From the NCBI GenBank assembly GCA_963674755.2, contig CAXXVS010000002.1, positions 1,824,001 to 1,888,000 on the forward strand: DNA of 64,000 nucleotides, written 5' to 3'. This document shows, one piece after another, positions 29,409-39,592 of the stretch. Below the pieces are notes generated by a model, which saw nothing but the letters and a program-made list of their open reading frames with translations, was not told where the DNA came from and ran no database searches. Position 1 is the first letter of the stretch. Each line of letters begins with the position of its first letter. The stretch comes from Desulfobacterales bacterium (GTDB taxonomy: Bacteria > Desulfobacterota > Desulfobacteria > Desulfobacterales > UBA5852). Both the position numbers and the translations under genes were made by a program.

Positions 29409-30638
29409 CTATGATCGGTTTTTGTTATAGGCCACGTCAAACCACACGGCGAGGATCAACACCGCCCCGATCACCACTTGGCGCATAGCGCTCGAAATAC
29501 CCAGCAGAACCATCCCGCTGTCCAGGCTTTGCATGATCACCGCCCCCAGAATGGCGCCGGCGATGGTCCCCTGGCCACCGGCCAGGGACGTCCCGCCGAT
29601 GACCGCGGCGGCGATGACGTTCAGCTCGGCCAGGGATCCCATGGAATTGGCCCCGGCGTTCAGGCGGGCCGTCGTGATGACCGCCGCGACCGCACACAGC
29701 AGCCCCATGACCACGAATACCAGCGTGGTGATTTTCCGGACCGCGATACCCGCCAGCTCGACCGCTTCCGGATTGCCGCCGATGGCGAACACGTAACGGC
29801 CGAACCGGGTGACTTTGGTCAGCAGGGTCATGCCCACCACGACACAGATCATGATCAGAACCGGTACCGGTATCCCCCGGGGGATCTCCGTGCGGGGTTT
29901 GGTGTAGGCATTCATGACCATGACGAATCCGCAGACCAGGGCAATGCCGATGACCAGGAGAACCAACTGGGCGGTCAGCGGTTTGCCCTCGGCGCCATAC
30001 TTGCGGCAGCTCCGGCGCACCGTGACGACATGCAGCACCATCCAGGCAATGGCCACCCCGGCCAGAATCCAGCTCCAGGTGGCGCCGATCGAGCCGTCGA
30101 TCCCCCCCCCCAGGATTTGATAGGTCTTGTCCATGGGCGCCACGGTCCGGCCGTCGGTCACCAGATAGGCCGCGCCGCGAAACATCAGCAGACCCGCCAG
30201 GGTGGTCACGAAAGAGGGAATGCCGCGGTAGGCGATCCACCAGCCCTGCCACAGACCGATCACGCCACCCAGGGCCAGGCCGCACAGGATCGTCAGGGGC
30301 CAGTTCCAGGCGGCACCGAGGGGAAAGACGTGGACTTGCAGAAAGGCAATGACCATCCCTGTAAATCCAAGAACCGATCCCACCGACAAGTCGATGTGCC
30401 GACAGACGATAACGAGCACCATGCCGGTGGCCATGATGCCCACGACGCTGGACTGGACCGCCAGGTTGTACATGTTCCGGGCCGTGAAAAAAATGCCGTC
30501 GGTCAGGATATTGAGGGTGACCCAGATCACCAGCAGGGCGATGATCATGGCCAGCATGCGATTATCGATGTCGGCTTGCCGGAGGCATTGCGAAAACCGT
30601 TTACCGTCACCTTGGGACGGAAATGTCCGGTCGGGCAT
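29409..30638 (-). CDS. xylH: Xylose ABC transporter permease
   Basis: 'HIDLSVGS', 'TRFGRYVFAIGGNPEA', 'IAAAVIGGTSL.GG.G'. Confidence 0.9.
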   Translation of the reverse strand: MPDRTFPSQGDGKRFSQCLRQADIDNRMLAMIIALLVIWVTLNILTDGIFFTARNMYNLAVQSSVVGIMATGMVLVIVCRHIDLSVGSVLGFTGMVIAFLQVHVFPLGAAWNWPLTILCGLALGGVIGLWQGWWIAYRGIPSFVTTLAGLLMFRGAAYLVTDGRTVAPMDKTYQILGGGIDGSIGATWSWILAGVAIAWMVLHVVTVRRSCRKYGAEGKPLTAQLVLLVIGIALVCGFVMVMNAYTKPRTEIPRGIPVPVLIMICVVVGMTLLTKVTRFGRYVFAIGGNPEAVELAGIAVRKITTLVFVVMGLLCAVAAVITTARLNAGANSMGSLAELNVIAAAVIGGTSLAGGQGTIAGAILGAVIMQSLDSGMVLLGISSAMRQVVIGAVLILAVWFDVAYNKNRS

Positions 30639-30761
30639 TGACTGACTCCATAGCGGATCGAAGCGTTAGGGCGAATCCAGACCTTCCACGGCGAGGGCCG
30701 CAATGCGAAAACGGGGCGTTCCGCTCTTCATACACGAAACGCCCCTTGGAAAAACCAAATG

Positions 30762-31808
30762 CTATTGGCAGGCGGGCGGCGCCGTGGCGGGATCGACGCC
30801 CTGGCAAACCACCTGCTTCGAAACCCAGCCGGCCTCGATGACCGTATCCAGGTTATCCCACGTGATGGGCACGGGCTTGAGCAGAATGGCATTCATCGTA
30901 ATGCCCTTGGGTCCGCCGGACCATTGGATGGCATTGGGGACCGTTTTTCCTTCGGCCAGGGCCACGGCGATATCGGCGGCCGCCTTGCCCAGGTCGCGGG
31001 CATCTTTCCAGACCGACACGGTCTGGGTGCCCCGGGCCACCCGGTTCAAAGCGGCGTGGTCACCGTCCTGTCCGGACACCGGCGTAATGCCTTCCATCCC
31101 CTGGGCGGTCAGCGCGGCCACAACGCCGCCGGCGGTACCGTCGTTGGACGCCACTACGGCATCCACTTTATTGTTGTTGGCGGTCAGGATCTGCTCCATG
31201 TTCTTCTGGGCCACTTCCGGTTTCCAGCCCTCGGTGTACTGCTCGCCCACATTCTTGATTTTCCCGGCATCCATAGCCGCTTTTAAGACTTCGAGCTGGC
31301 CCTCATGCAGAAAGTCCGCGTTGGGATCGGTGGGCGAACCCTTGATGAACACGTAGTTGCCTTCGGGTTTGACCATATAGACGGCCAGGGCCTGCATACG
31401 CCCCACTTCCTTGTTGTCGAAGGTCAGATAAAACGCATAGGGATCTTCGATGAGCCGATCGTAGCCCACCACCGGGATGCCTTCCGCCTTGGCCCGCGCG
31501 ATGGCCGGCGAAATCGCATCGGCATCGTAGGCCAGGATAATCAGGGCATCGCAACCCCGGGCAATGAGATTTTCCACGTCGCCGATCTGCTTGGTCGCGT
31601 CGGCCTGAGCATCGGCGCTGATGTATTTGGCGCCCAGTTTCTCCAGCTCGGCCTTTATGGCGGCTTCATCCGTCTTCCAACGTTCTTCCTGAAAGTTGGA
31701 CCAGCTCACGCCCACGGTAAGCGATTTAGCCCAGGCGGCCCCCCCCACCGCGATCAACATAGCCGCGGCGATCAACAGACAAATCATACCCCTTAAGCTT
31801 TTCTTCAT
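30762..31808 (-). CDS. xylF: D-xylose ABC transporter substrate-binding protein
   Basis: '[11 protein letters not shown]', 'GSPTDPNA', 'SNDGTAGG', 'SGQDGD'; AGGAGG RBS. Confidence 0.92.
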   Translation of the reverse strand: MKKSLRGMICLLIAAAMLIAVGGAAWAKSLTVGVSWSNFQEERWKTDEAAIKAELEKLGAKYISADAQADATKQIGDVENLIARGCDALIILAYDADAISPAIARAKAEGIPVVGYDRLIEDPYAFYLTFDNKEVGRMQALAVYMVKPEGNYVFIKGSPTDPNADFLHEGQLEVLKAAMDAGKIKNVGEQYTEGWKPEVAQKNMEQILTANNNKVDAVVASNDGTAGGVVAALTAQGMEGITPVSGQDGDHAALNRVARGTQTVSVWKDARDLGKAAADIAVALAEGKTVPNAIQWSGGPKGITMNAILLKPVPITWDNLDTVIEAGWVSKQVVCQGVDPATAPPACQ

Positions 31809-31889
31809 GCCGGACCTCCTTTTTTTCCCGTATCGCATTTGTTACGCCGAGAATAAATAAAAATAGACAAACGATGGCCTTTGGGGAAA

Positions 31890-32113
31890 TTAATTTATAT
31901 TATGAAATATTAATAGGAAAGCGAATCGCATATGTTTCCATAATAGTCAATACTTTTATCCGGTTATACTCAATTTATGATAATCATTCACTTATTTGAG
32001 TTAATTATAAAATTCTGTTGACTTTAAAACGATGACTCGGCTATGGGTCTCTTGATACTGATGCTCTGGCTTTTCATCGATTAATCCTCTTTATTTAATT
32101 TTATGAATTATTA
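31890..32113. promoter_or_regulatory. AT-rich divergent promoter region with two candidate ROK (XylR) operators
   Basis: aatttatattatgaaatatta (~31892) and atttaattttatgaattatta (~32093) match at 17 of 21 positions. Confidence 0.45.
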
Positions 32114-32123
32114 GGTGTTGCCC

Positions 32124-33338
32124 ATGCCTATCCCTGTCCGGGACCTGATGCGGGTCATCAATCGATCCAAAATTTTAGAAACCATCCGCACCGGCGGCAT
32201 GATTTCACGGATCGATCTGGCGCGCACCACCGGATTGAGCCGGGCCTTGATAACCGGGCTGACGGCCAACCTAATCGAAGAGGGGCTGATCATCGAGAAG
32301 CAGTCCGGCCAGTATAAAGGGGGACGGCGCCCCATGCTGCTGGGGCTCAACCCCGAAGGCGCCTACGTAGTGGGTGTCAATCTGTCCATGAGCGAAATCA
32401 GCGTCGTCATCGTGAACTTCGAGGGAACCGTTGTGGCCTCTACCACCCACCCTTTGCCGCCGGCCCAGCACAGCGTGGCGGAGATAACCGATTGTGTGGT
32501 GGCGGCGGTGCAGGCCTGTATCTGGGAGGCCAATTTCGCCCGCGAGCAAATCAGCGCCGTCGGGATCGGCATCCCGGGGCTGGTCAACCCCCATTCCGGC
32601 AACATCCGTTTCCTGCCGAATTATGGCTGGGAAAACGTGAACCTGAAGGAACTGGTCGAAAAACGGCTCAACCACCCCTGCTATGTGGACAACAGCTCCA
32701 ATACCCTGGCCCTGGCCGAACAATGGTTTGGTGCGGGCAAGGGCGTGGATAATTTCCTTGTCGTTTCCATTGAAAACGGGGTCGGTTTAGGCGCCGTTAT
32801 CAATGGACGCATCTACCGGGGTGAAGAAGGCGTCGGCGGAGAATTCGGTCATATCACCATCGACCCGGACGGCCCCGCCTGCCGCTGCGGCAAGAAGGGC
32901 TGTGTGGAAGCATTCGTCGGCAAAATCGCCATCATGCGGGATGCCCGGCAGGCCGCCCTGGAAGGACGCTGGCACAGCCCCAATCCCGATGGCTTTACCT
33001 ACACGGATGTGGTCAGGGCGGCCGGAGACGGCAGCGAGGCGTTGCGTCAGCTCTTTGCCCGGGCAGGCCATATATTGGGTATCGGCATTTCCCATCTGAT
33101 CGCCCTTTTCAATCCGAAGAAAATCGTCATTACCGGACAGGGTGTTCAGGCGGGGGCGCTTATCTTTACTGATATGCACGCCGCCCTGGATCGACATGTG
33201 TCCGCCAAATTCGGTCACCGGAAGGTCGAGATTGTGGTCCGGGAATGGACGGAGCAGGACTGGGCCCGGGGGGCGGGCGCCATGGTTTTGCAGGAGTTAT
33301 ACAAGTCGCCCGTGGGGCAGGTGGCCACCCATCATTAG
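32124..33338 (+). CDS. xylR: ROK-family transcriptional repressor
   Basis: N-terminal wHTH 'ISRIDLARTTGLS', 'GGRRP', 'GEFGH', 'CRCGKKGCVE'. Confidence 0.9.
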   Translation: MPIPVRDLMRVINRSKILETIRTGGMISRIDLARTTGLSRALITGLTANLIEEGLIIEKQSGQYKGGRRPMLLGLNPEGAYVVGVNLSMSEISVVIVNFEGTVVASTTHPLPPAQHSVAEITDCVVAAVQACIWEANFAREQISAVGIGIPGLVNPHSGNIRFLPNYGWENVNLKELVEKRLNHPCYVDNSSNTLALAEQWFGAGKGVDNFLVVSIENGVGLGAVINGRIYRGEEGVGGEFGHITIDPDGPACRCGKKGCVEAFVGKIAIMRDARQAALEGRWHSPNPDGFTYTDVVRAAGDGSEALRQLFARAGHILGIGISHLIALFNPKKIVITGQGVQAGALIFTDMHAALDRHVSAKFGHRKVEIVVREWTEQDWARGAGAMVLQELYKSPVGQVATHH

Positions 33339-33349
33339 GAGGAAATAAA

Positions 33350-34663
33350 ATGGAACCTTTTTTTCCGGAGGTCGTCGAACGGATCCCTTTCGAGGGGCCC
33401 GAATCCAAAAACCCCCTGGCCTTTAAATACTATGATGCCGAGAAGAACGTCGCCGGCCGGACCATGGCGGAGCATTTGAAGTTCGCCGGGGCCTACTGGC
33501 ACACCCTCAGGGGCACCGGGCGCGATATCTTCGGCGGCGATGTCTACGACCGGGGCTGGGACGCCGCGGCCGACCCCATGCGCCGGGCGGAAGCCACCTT
33601 GCAGGCGGCCTTTGAGTTCAACCGGAAATTGGGTCTGCGGTATTATTGTTTCCATGACCGGGATATGGCCCCGGAGGGTGAAACCTTTGCGGAATCCTGC
33701 CGCAACCTGGAAAAGATGGTCGACAAGGCCGGCAAACTTCAAAAGGAGACCGGCCTGCGTCTGTTGTGGGGCACCGCCAACCTGTTCAACCACCCGCGCT
33801 ATACCCACGGCGCGGCGAGCAATCCGGATGCCCACGTGTTCGCCTATGCCGCGGCCCAGGTCAAACATGCCATTGCCGCCACCCACGCCCTGGGCGGCGA
33901 AAACTATGTCTTCTGGGGCGGCCGGGAGGGCTATGAGACCCTGCTGAATACCGACATGCGGCGCGAGCAGGAGCAAATGGCGCGCTTTTTCCATATGGCG
34001 GTGGACTACGCCCGCCGGATCGGGTTCCAGGGGCAGTTCCTGATCGAACCCAAACCCAAGGAGCCCACCAAACATCAATATGACTTCGACGCCGCCACGA
34101 TTCTGAATTTCCTGCGGCAATACGATCTGCTGGACCATTTCAAACTCAACATCGAAGCCAACCACGCCACCCTGGCCGGCCATACCTTCGAGCACGAACT
34201 CACCGTGGCCTCCAATGCCGGAAAACTGGGCAGCGTCGATATCAACCGCGGGGATCAATTGCTGGGATGGGATACGGACCAGTTCCCCACCGATATCTAT
34301 CAAACGACCCATGCCATGCTGGTCATCCTGGGCCAGGGCGGTTTGGGCCGCGGCGGCCTGAATTTCGACGCCAAACTGCGGCGGGGCTCCACCGATACCC
34401 AGGATATGTTCTATGCCCACATCGGCGGGATGGATGCCTTTGCCCGCGGCCTGGTCACGGCCCAGAAGATCATCGACGACGGCCTCTTGCAGGCCTTCGT
34501 CCAGCAGCGCTATGCCAGCTATGACAGCGAGGCGGGCCAACGCATCGTCAACGGGGAGGCCGACTTCGACGAACTGGAAGCCTGGGTCATGGAAAAGGGC
34601 GAGCCCCGGCCTGTCAGCGGACGTCAGGAATATCTCGAAAACCTGATCAATTCCTATCTCTAA
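33350..34663 (+). CDS. xylA: Xylose isomerase (class II)
   Basis: 'FHDRD', 'LWGTANLF', 'VFWGGREGY', 'IEPKPKEP', 'NIEANHA', 'GWDTDQF'. Confidence 0.97.
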   Translation: MEPFFPEVVERIPFEGPESKNPLAFKYYDAEKNVAGRTMAEHLKFAGAYWHTLRGTGRDIFGGDVYDRGWDAAADPMRRAEATLQAAFEFNRKLGLRYYCFHDRDMAPEGETFAESCRNLEKMVDKAGKLQKETGLRLLWGTANLFNHPRYTHGAASNPDAHVFAYAAAQVKHAIAATHALGGENYVFWGGREGYETLLNTDMRREQEQMARFFHMAVDYARRIGFQGQFLIEPKPKEPTKHQYDFDAATILNFLRQYDLLDHFKLNIEANHATLAGHTFEHELTVASNAGKLGSVDINRGDQLLGWDTDQFPTDIYQTTHAMLVILGQGGLGRGGLNFDAKLRRGSTDTQDMFYAHIGGMDAFARGLVTAQKIIDDGLLQAFVQQRYASYDSEAGQRIVNGEADFDELEAWVMEKGEPRPVSGRQEYLENLINSYL

Positions 34664-34690
34664 TTCCGTTTCAGGGAGGGGAATCCCATT

Positions 34691-36211
34691 ATGCCCCCGG
34701 ACCAGTTCTACATCGGCATCGACAGCGGCACCCAGGGAACGAAGATCGTCCTCCTCAGCCGCGCCCAAAGGCGCCTGCTGGCCCAGGGCTACGCAGCCCA
34801 CCGGATCATCGAAACCGCCGCAGGGGCCCGCGAACAGGATCCCCGCTGGTGGACCGCGGCCTGCGGGCAGGCCATGCAGGAAATGCTGCGCAACGCCGCT
34901 GTCGACCGCACCCAGGTCAAGGCCATCGGCGTTTCCGGCCAGCAGCACGGCCTGGTGCCCCTGGACGCCCGGGGGGAGGTCATTCGCCCCGCCAAACTCT
35001 GGTGTGATACCGAAACCGCGCCGCAATGCCGCGTGCTGACGGAGCGCGTCGGCGGCGAAGCAGTGGTCCTAGCCGCCATCGGCAACCGTATGAGCGCCGG
35101 GTATACGGCCTCCAAGGTGCTGTGGCTCAAGGAGCGGGAACCGCAACACTATGCGCGCCTAAACAAGATCCTCCTGCCCCATGACTATCTGAACTACTGG
35201 CTGACCGGCGAATACCGGATGGAGTATGGCGACGCCTCGGGCACCGCCTTCTTCGATATCCGCCGCCGCCGCTGGTCGGAGAGCCTTCTAAACGCCATCG
35301 ACGCCAGCGGCCGGCTCCAGGCCTGCCTGCCCGCCTTGACCGCGCCCGAGGAGCCCTGCGGCCTATTGCGCCCGCAACTGGCCGATGACTGGGGGCTGCC
35401 CCGCAACATCTTGGTATCGGCCGGCGGGGGCGACAACATGATGGCCGCCATCGGCACCGGCAACGTTCGTCCGGGGCTGGTGACCACCAGCCTGGGGACC
35501 TCCGGCACCATCTACGCCTTCAGTGCCGCCCCCGTCATCGATTCCCAGGGCGAGTTGGCCGCTTTCTGCGCCAGCACCGGGGGCTGGCTGCCCCTGGTCT
35601 GCACCATGAACGTCACGGTCGCCACGGAACAGGTGCGCGCCCTGCTGGGCTTTGACCTCGAAGATTTCAACCGCCGGATCGAAACCGCGCCCCCTGGTGC
35701 CGGCGGCCTTTTGCTGGTGCCCTTTTTCAATGGCGAACGGACCCCCGATCTGCCTCTGGCCCAGGCTTCCCTGACGGGAATGACACCGCTTAATTTCAGG
35801 CCCGCCAATCTGGCCCGGGCCGGCATGGAGGGCGCCACTCTGGGGCTGCGTTACGGCCTTGCGGTCATGGAGCGCAACGGCCTTCGGGCCGAAGAGATCC
35901 GGCTGGTCGGGGGCGGGGCCAAGAGCCGGGTCTGGCGCCAGATGGTGGCGGACATGTTTGCCGTGCCGGTGGTAACACCGCTGGAGACGGAGGCGGGGGC
36001 CCTGGGAGCGGCCCTGCAGGCCATGTGGTGTTATCGCAGTCAGAGGGAAGGCAAGATCGCTATCGAAGCTATTTGTGATGACTTTATCGGCCTCGATCCG
36101 AATACGCGCGCCGAGCCGGATTCGCAAACCGCATCGGCCTACCAAGCACTCTACGACCGCTATCAAGCCACCGTCAATGTCCTGGCGCCCTTGTACTGTC
36201 CGGGAAGATAA
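34691..36211 (+). CDS. xylB: Xylulokinase
   Basis: FGGY kinase motifs 'GIDSGTQ', 'SGQQHG', 'GGGDN', 'SLGTSGT', 'NGERTP'. Confidence 0.95.
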   Translation: MPPDQFYIGIDSGTQGTKIVLLSRAQRRLLAQGYAAHRIIETAAGAREQDPRWWTAACGQAMQEMLRNAAVDRTQVKAIGVSGQQHGLVPLDARGEVIRPAKLWCDTETAPQCRVLTERVGGEAVVLAAIGNRMSAGYTASKVLWLKEREPQHYARLNKILLPHDYLNYWLTGEYRMEYGDASGTAFFDIRRRRWSESLLNAIDASGRLQACLPALTAPEEPCGLLRPQLADDWGLPRNILVSAGGGDNMMAAIGTGNVRPGLVTTSLGTSGTIYAFSAAPVIDSQGELAAFCASTGGWLPLVCTMNVTVATEQVRALLGFDLEDFNRRIETAPPGAGGLLLVPFFNGERTPDLPLAQASLTGMTPLNFRPANLARAGMEGATLGLRYGLAVMERNGLRAEEIRLVGGGAKSRVWRQMVADMFAVPVVTPLETEAGALGAALQAMWCYRSQREGKIAIEAICDDFIGLDPNTRAEPDSQTASAYQALYDRYQATVNVLAPLYCPGR

Positions 36212-36224
36212 CTGCGCGTCTAAA

Positions 36225-36322
36225 TGAACTACCCCGCCGCAAAGCAGCGGGGTATCGCTAAAGGCAATGGTGTGGCGCAAGCGGCGGGGAATTAAACCGT
36301 CGTCCGCCCTTGGCGAATTAAC
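36225..36322 (+). mobile_element. Short non-autonomous palindromic element (IS200/IS605-end-like MITE), copy 2
   Basis: tgaactaccccgccgc-aaa-gcagcggggta...gcggcggggaattaaacc...gaattaac between convergent genes; homologous to 16259-16356. Confidence 0.65.
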
Positions 36323-36334
36323 GTCGTTTCTTTT

Positions 36335-37918
36335 TCATTCGGGCCCGGAATCCGCATTGAATTGTTTCCGGAGGTTGGTTTTCAGGATTTTTCCGGAACC
36401 GGTTTTGGGCAGCTCGGCAACAAATGCAATCTCTTTAGGGATCTTGAAGCGCGCCAGACGCTCCCGGCAAAAGGCCATCAGTTCCTCTCCTGTCGCGTCC
36501 TTCCCGGGTTTCAGGGCCACCACCGCCTTCGGCACTTCGCCCCATTTCTCATCCGGCTTGGCAATCACGGCACATTCCAGCACCGCATCATGGCGGTACA
36601 GGATATTCTCGACCTCGACGGAAGAAATATTCTCGCCCCCGCTGATAATGATGTCCTTGGCGCGGTCCACGATCAGGACATAGCCTTCGGAATCGACAGT
36701 CGCCAGGTCGCCGGTATGGAAATAGCCCTCTTTGATCGCTTTATGGGTTTCATCCGGCTGTTTCCAGTACCCCTTCATGACATTGTCGCCCCTCACAACG
36801 ATCTCCCCTACGCTCTGGCCGTCGCGGGCCACCTCATGGCCTTCGGAATCCACCACTTTCAGATCGACCCCCGGAACTTCCAGACCGGTGCGCGTCAGAT
36901 AGCCGATCTGATCCTCTTCCGGCAAATGCCGGAGGGTGTCCTTGATGTTGCCGACCGTCAAAAGCGGACAGGTTTCCGTCAGCCCATATCCTGAAACGTA
37001 AAGGCATCCCAACTGCTCCATCATGCGCTTGGCATTGGCCGGCGACATGGGCGCCCCTCCGATCATGATCCACTGGAGCGAAGACACGTCATATTGTTTC
37101 ATATCCGGCACATTGAGCAGGAAATTGACCATGGTCGGCACCATCATGGCGGCCGAGATCTTTTCATTCTGGATCGTTTCCAGCACGGTCACCGGATCAA
37201 ACATACGCTGCATGACGTGCCGGCCTCCCTGGTAGGTTACCGCCCAGATAAAGAAGGCGTCCGCCAGGTGGAACAAGGGGGCGATGTGATACCAGACCGT
37301 GGCGTCTTCCAGCTTGAATGCAATAATGGTGGTCAGGGCATTGGCGTAGATATTCCGGTGGGTGAGCATGACCCCTTTGGGATGGCCTGTTGTGCCGCTC
37401 GTGTAGTAAAGATTCAATACCGCATCTTCGTCCTCGACCATGGTCCCGACCGGTTCGGAGGAGGCTTTATCCATGAACGCTTCGTAACTATCCGTCATCC
37501 AGGGTTCGTCGGCCGGCCCTTCGGCAATCAGGAATTGTTTTACGTGGGGCAGGTCATCTTTGATCCTGGCCACCATGGGTTTGAAATCGGCCTGAAAGAT
37601 AAGGATTTCGGCCTCGGCATCGTTGAGAATATAAGTATATTCCTCGGCCGAAAGGCGAATATTGAGTGGCAGCAGAACCCGGCCCGTGGGCGCCACCCCG
37701 TAATACAATTCCATGTACCGGTAGGAATTGTAGTCCAGGATGGCAATCCGGCCGCCCTCTGAAACCCCTGCATTCTGAAAGGCGTTAAACACTTTGTTGA
37801 CGCGCTGTTCCACCTCGCGGTAGGTCCAGCGAACGTCACCGTCCACAACCGCAATTTTTTCCGGGTAGAGTTTTACGGCGCGTTTCAGGATGCGGCTTGG
37901 TGTCATGGCAACCTTCAT
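36335..37918 (-). CDS. Acyl-CoA synthetase (AMP-forming, long-chain fatty acid-CoA ligase family)
   Basis: 'YTSGTTGHPKG', 'YGLTET', 'FHTGD', 'PKTGSGKI'. Confidence 0.95.
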   Translation of the reverse strand: MKVAMTPSRILKRAVKLYPEKIAVVDGDVRWTYREVEQRVNKVFNAFQNAGVSEGGRIAILDYNSYRYMELYYGVAPTGRVLLPLNIRLSAEEYTYILNDAEAEILIFQADFKPMVARIKDDLPHVKQFLIAEGPADEPWMTDSYEAFMDKASSEPVGTMVEDEDAVLNLYYTSGTTGHPKGVMLTHRNIYANALTTIIAFKLEDATVWYHIAPLFHLADAFFIWAVTYQGGRHVMQRMFDPVTVLETIQNEKISAAMMVPTMVNFLLNVPDMKQYDVSSLQWIMIGGAPMSPANAKRMMEQLGCLYVSGYGLTETCPLLTVGNIKDTLRHLPEEDQIGYLTRTGLEVPGVDLKVVDSEGHEVARDGQSVGEIVVRGDNVMKGYWKQPDETHKAIKEGYFHTGDLATVDSEGYVLIVDRAKDIIISGGENISSVEVENILYRHDAVLECAVIAKPDEKWGEVPKAVVALKPGKDATGEELMAFCRERLARFKIPKEIAFVAELPKTGSGKILKTNLRKQFNADSGPE

Positions 37919-38040
37919 TGTCGGTCACTCCTTTCTGGTCTGTATTCCCTGCCGTATAGCCCATCAAACCTTTGTGATCGTCCGACGGCTACGAGAAAAA
38001 AACATCGACGGTGATGATCGATCGTGTTGCCTAAGTGGGG

Positions 38041-39225
38041 TCAGTTCAAGGCGACCGCACGGCTCAGCATGGCAACAGCCGCATCGATCTCCTCCATTTT
38101 ATCGGTCTGGCTGCCCTTTTCCGTAAACAGCCACCTGAGCGCCATATGGCTGAAAATGCCCATAAAAAGATTTCGGAAAACACGGTTATTGATTTCGGGC
38201 CGTATGCTGCCATCCGTTTTCCCCTCGTCCAAAATCGCATAGACGCTTTCGATATAGTGTTTGAAGGGCGGATAGGCATTGGAGACATAGAAGCGCGCGT
38301 TGTAAATGGCATCGAACAGGAACATCTTAACAAAAACCGGCTGGGTCAGGTAGATGGTGAAGTGATAGCGCATGAAGCGTTTCAGTTTGCGCAGGGGCGT
38401 TCTGACCTCGAACAACTCGTCAAGCGAATCCAGGTTGTTCCGGAATTGCCGCTCCAGGGTGGAAAAGAGCAGATCCTCCTTATTCTTGAAGTATTCGTAA
38501 ATGGTCCCTTCAGAGACTTCGGCCGATTTTGAAATCTCCTGTATCGTGGCGTTCTGATATCCCTTGGCCGCAAACACGTTTAAGGCCGATGCCAGAATCC
38601 TGCCGGCCTTGTCGCTATTGATGGCGGACGGCTCGGTATCGGGCCGAACCATCGGCAACAGGAGATCCAGAATGGCATCCAGATCCGTATGCGCCTGGGG
38701 CGTCTCCTGAGCGGCCATGCTCTGAATATTCTCCATATCCACCAATCCGAAAACAGCATCGCGAACAATCGTCGTGGCAAGGTCGTTTCGGAAGGCGCCC
38801 TCCGAGATCCCCCTGATGAGAATGCCCCGCCCGATATCCGACCAGCGCTTAATCATATGGTAAGCTTCATGCGCCATGAAACTCTTGCTTGAGCGGCATT
38901 CGAATAGCAGGAGGTTGGCATAGTCGGGATGGGTATCATGGTAGTAAAGCTGGAACCAGATCAGTTTACTGAGTTGGCTGACCGGGTCCATGATGCCCTG
39001 GAGTTGCTCTTCCAGCTTTGCGAGGGCATCGCCGAGGCGCTCTTGGGTGACGGAGAAAAGCAAGTCCTCTTTATTTTTAAAATAATGGTAGAGCATTGAG
39101 TCCGTTACGCCGGCAGCGGCACTTATTTCGCTGATGGTCGCGCTGCGCCCTTTTGTGGACATAATACTCTCAGCCGCATCCAGAATTTTCCACCTTTTGT
39201 CGCTCGTCATTGAAGTTCTCGCCAT
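38041..39225 (-). CDS. Tandem (two-domain) TetR-family regulator
   Basis: Two TetR HTH units, each containing 'Y.YFKNKEDLLFS'. Confidence 0.92.
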   Translation of the reverse strand: MARTSMTSDKRWKILDAAESIMSTKGRSATISEISAAAGVTDSMLYHYFKNKEDLLFSVTQERLGDALAKLEEQLQGIMDPVSQLSKLIWFQLYYHDTHPDYANLLLFECRSSKSFMAHEAYHMIKRWSDIGRGILIRGISEGAFRNDLATTIVRDAVFGLVDMENIQSMAAQETPQAHTDLDAILDLLLPMVRPDTEPSAINSDKAGRILASALNVFAAKGYQNATIQEISKSAEVSEGTIYEYFKNKEDLLFSTLERQFRNNLDSLDELFEVRTPLRKLKRFMRYHFTIYLTQPVFVKMFLFDAIYNARFYVSNAYPPFKHYIESVYAILDEGKTDGSIRPEINNRVFRNLFMGIFSHMALRWLFTEKGSQTDKMEEIDAAVAMLSRAVALN

Positions 39226-39338
39226 GGATAAAATCAGTGAAGCCTAGTTCGGCAGGACCGCCAACAAATCGTTTCGATGCAGGGCACTCGTTAACTTTTT
39301 CAAATAATATCTCGATTTCTGCAACACTATTTGCCCAT

Positions 39339-39490
39339 ATTGAATTATATTCTAACCATATTGTCAATTATTTATGTGATATAAATCTCACTAAATATTT
39401 TTATCTTACTATTTTAATTATATTTTTTATATTCTCGGAAATTTCTTATTAGCGCTTGACAATATTCACTGTAATAGAATAGTGTTCAAT
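39339..39490. promoter_or_regulatory. Two candidate TetR operator sites in the divergent promoter
   Basis: attgaattatattctaa (39339-39355) and atagaatagtgttcaat (39474-39490) are related inverted imperfect palindromes; TTGACA at 39456. Confidence 0.5.
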
Positions 39491-39592
39491 TCAAAATTTT
39501 ATTGAGGTGATTTATGGCCCACTATCCCGATTCACATCTTCTTTAGCCGTATAGACGATGCCCGAAATTTCACACATCGAAGGTATTTTTAA

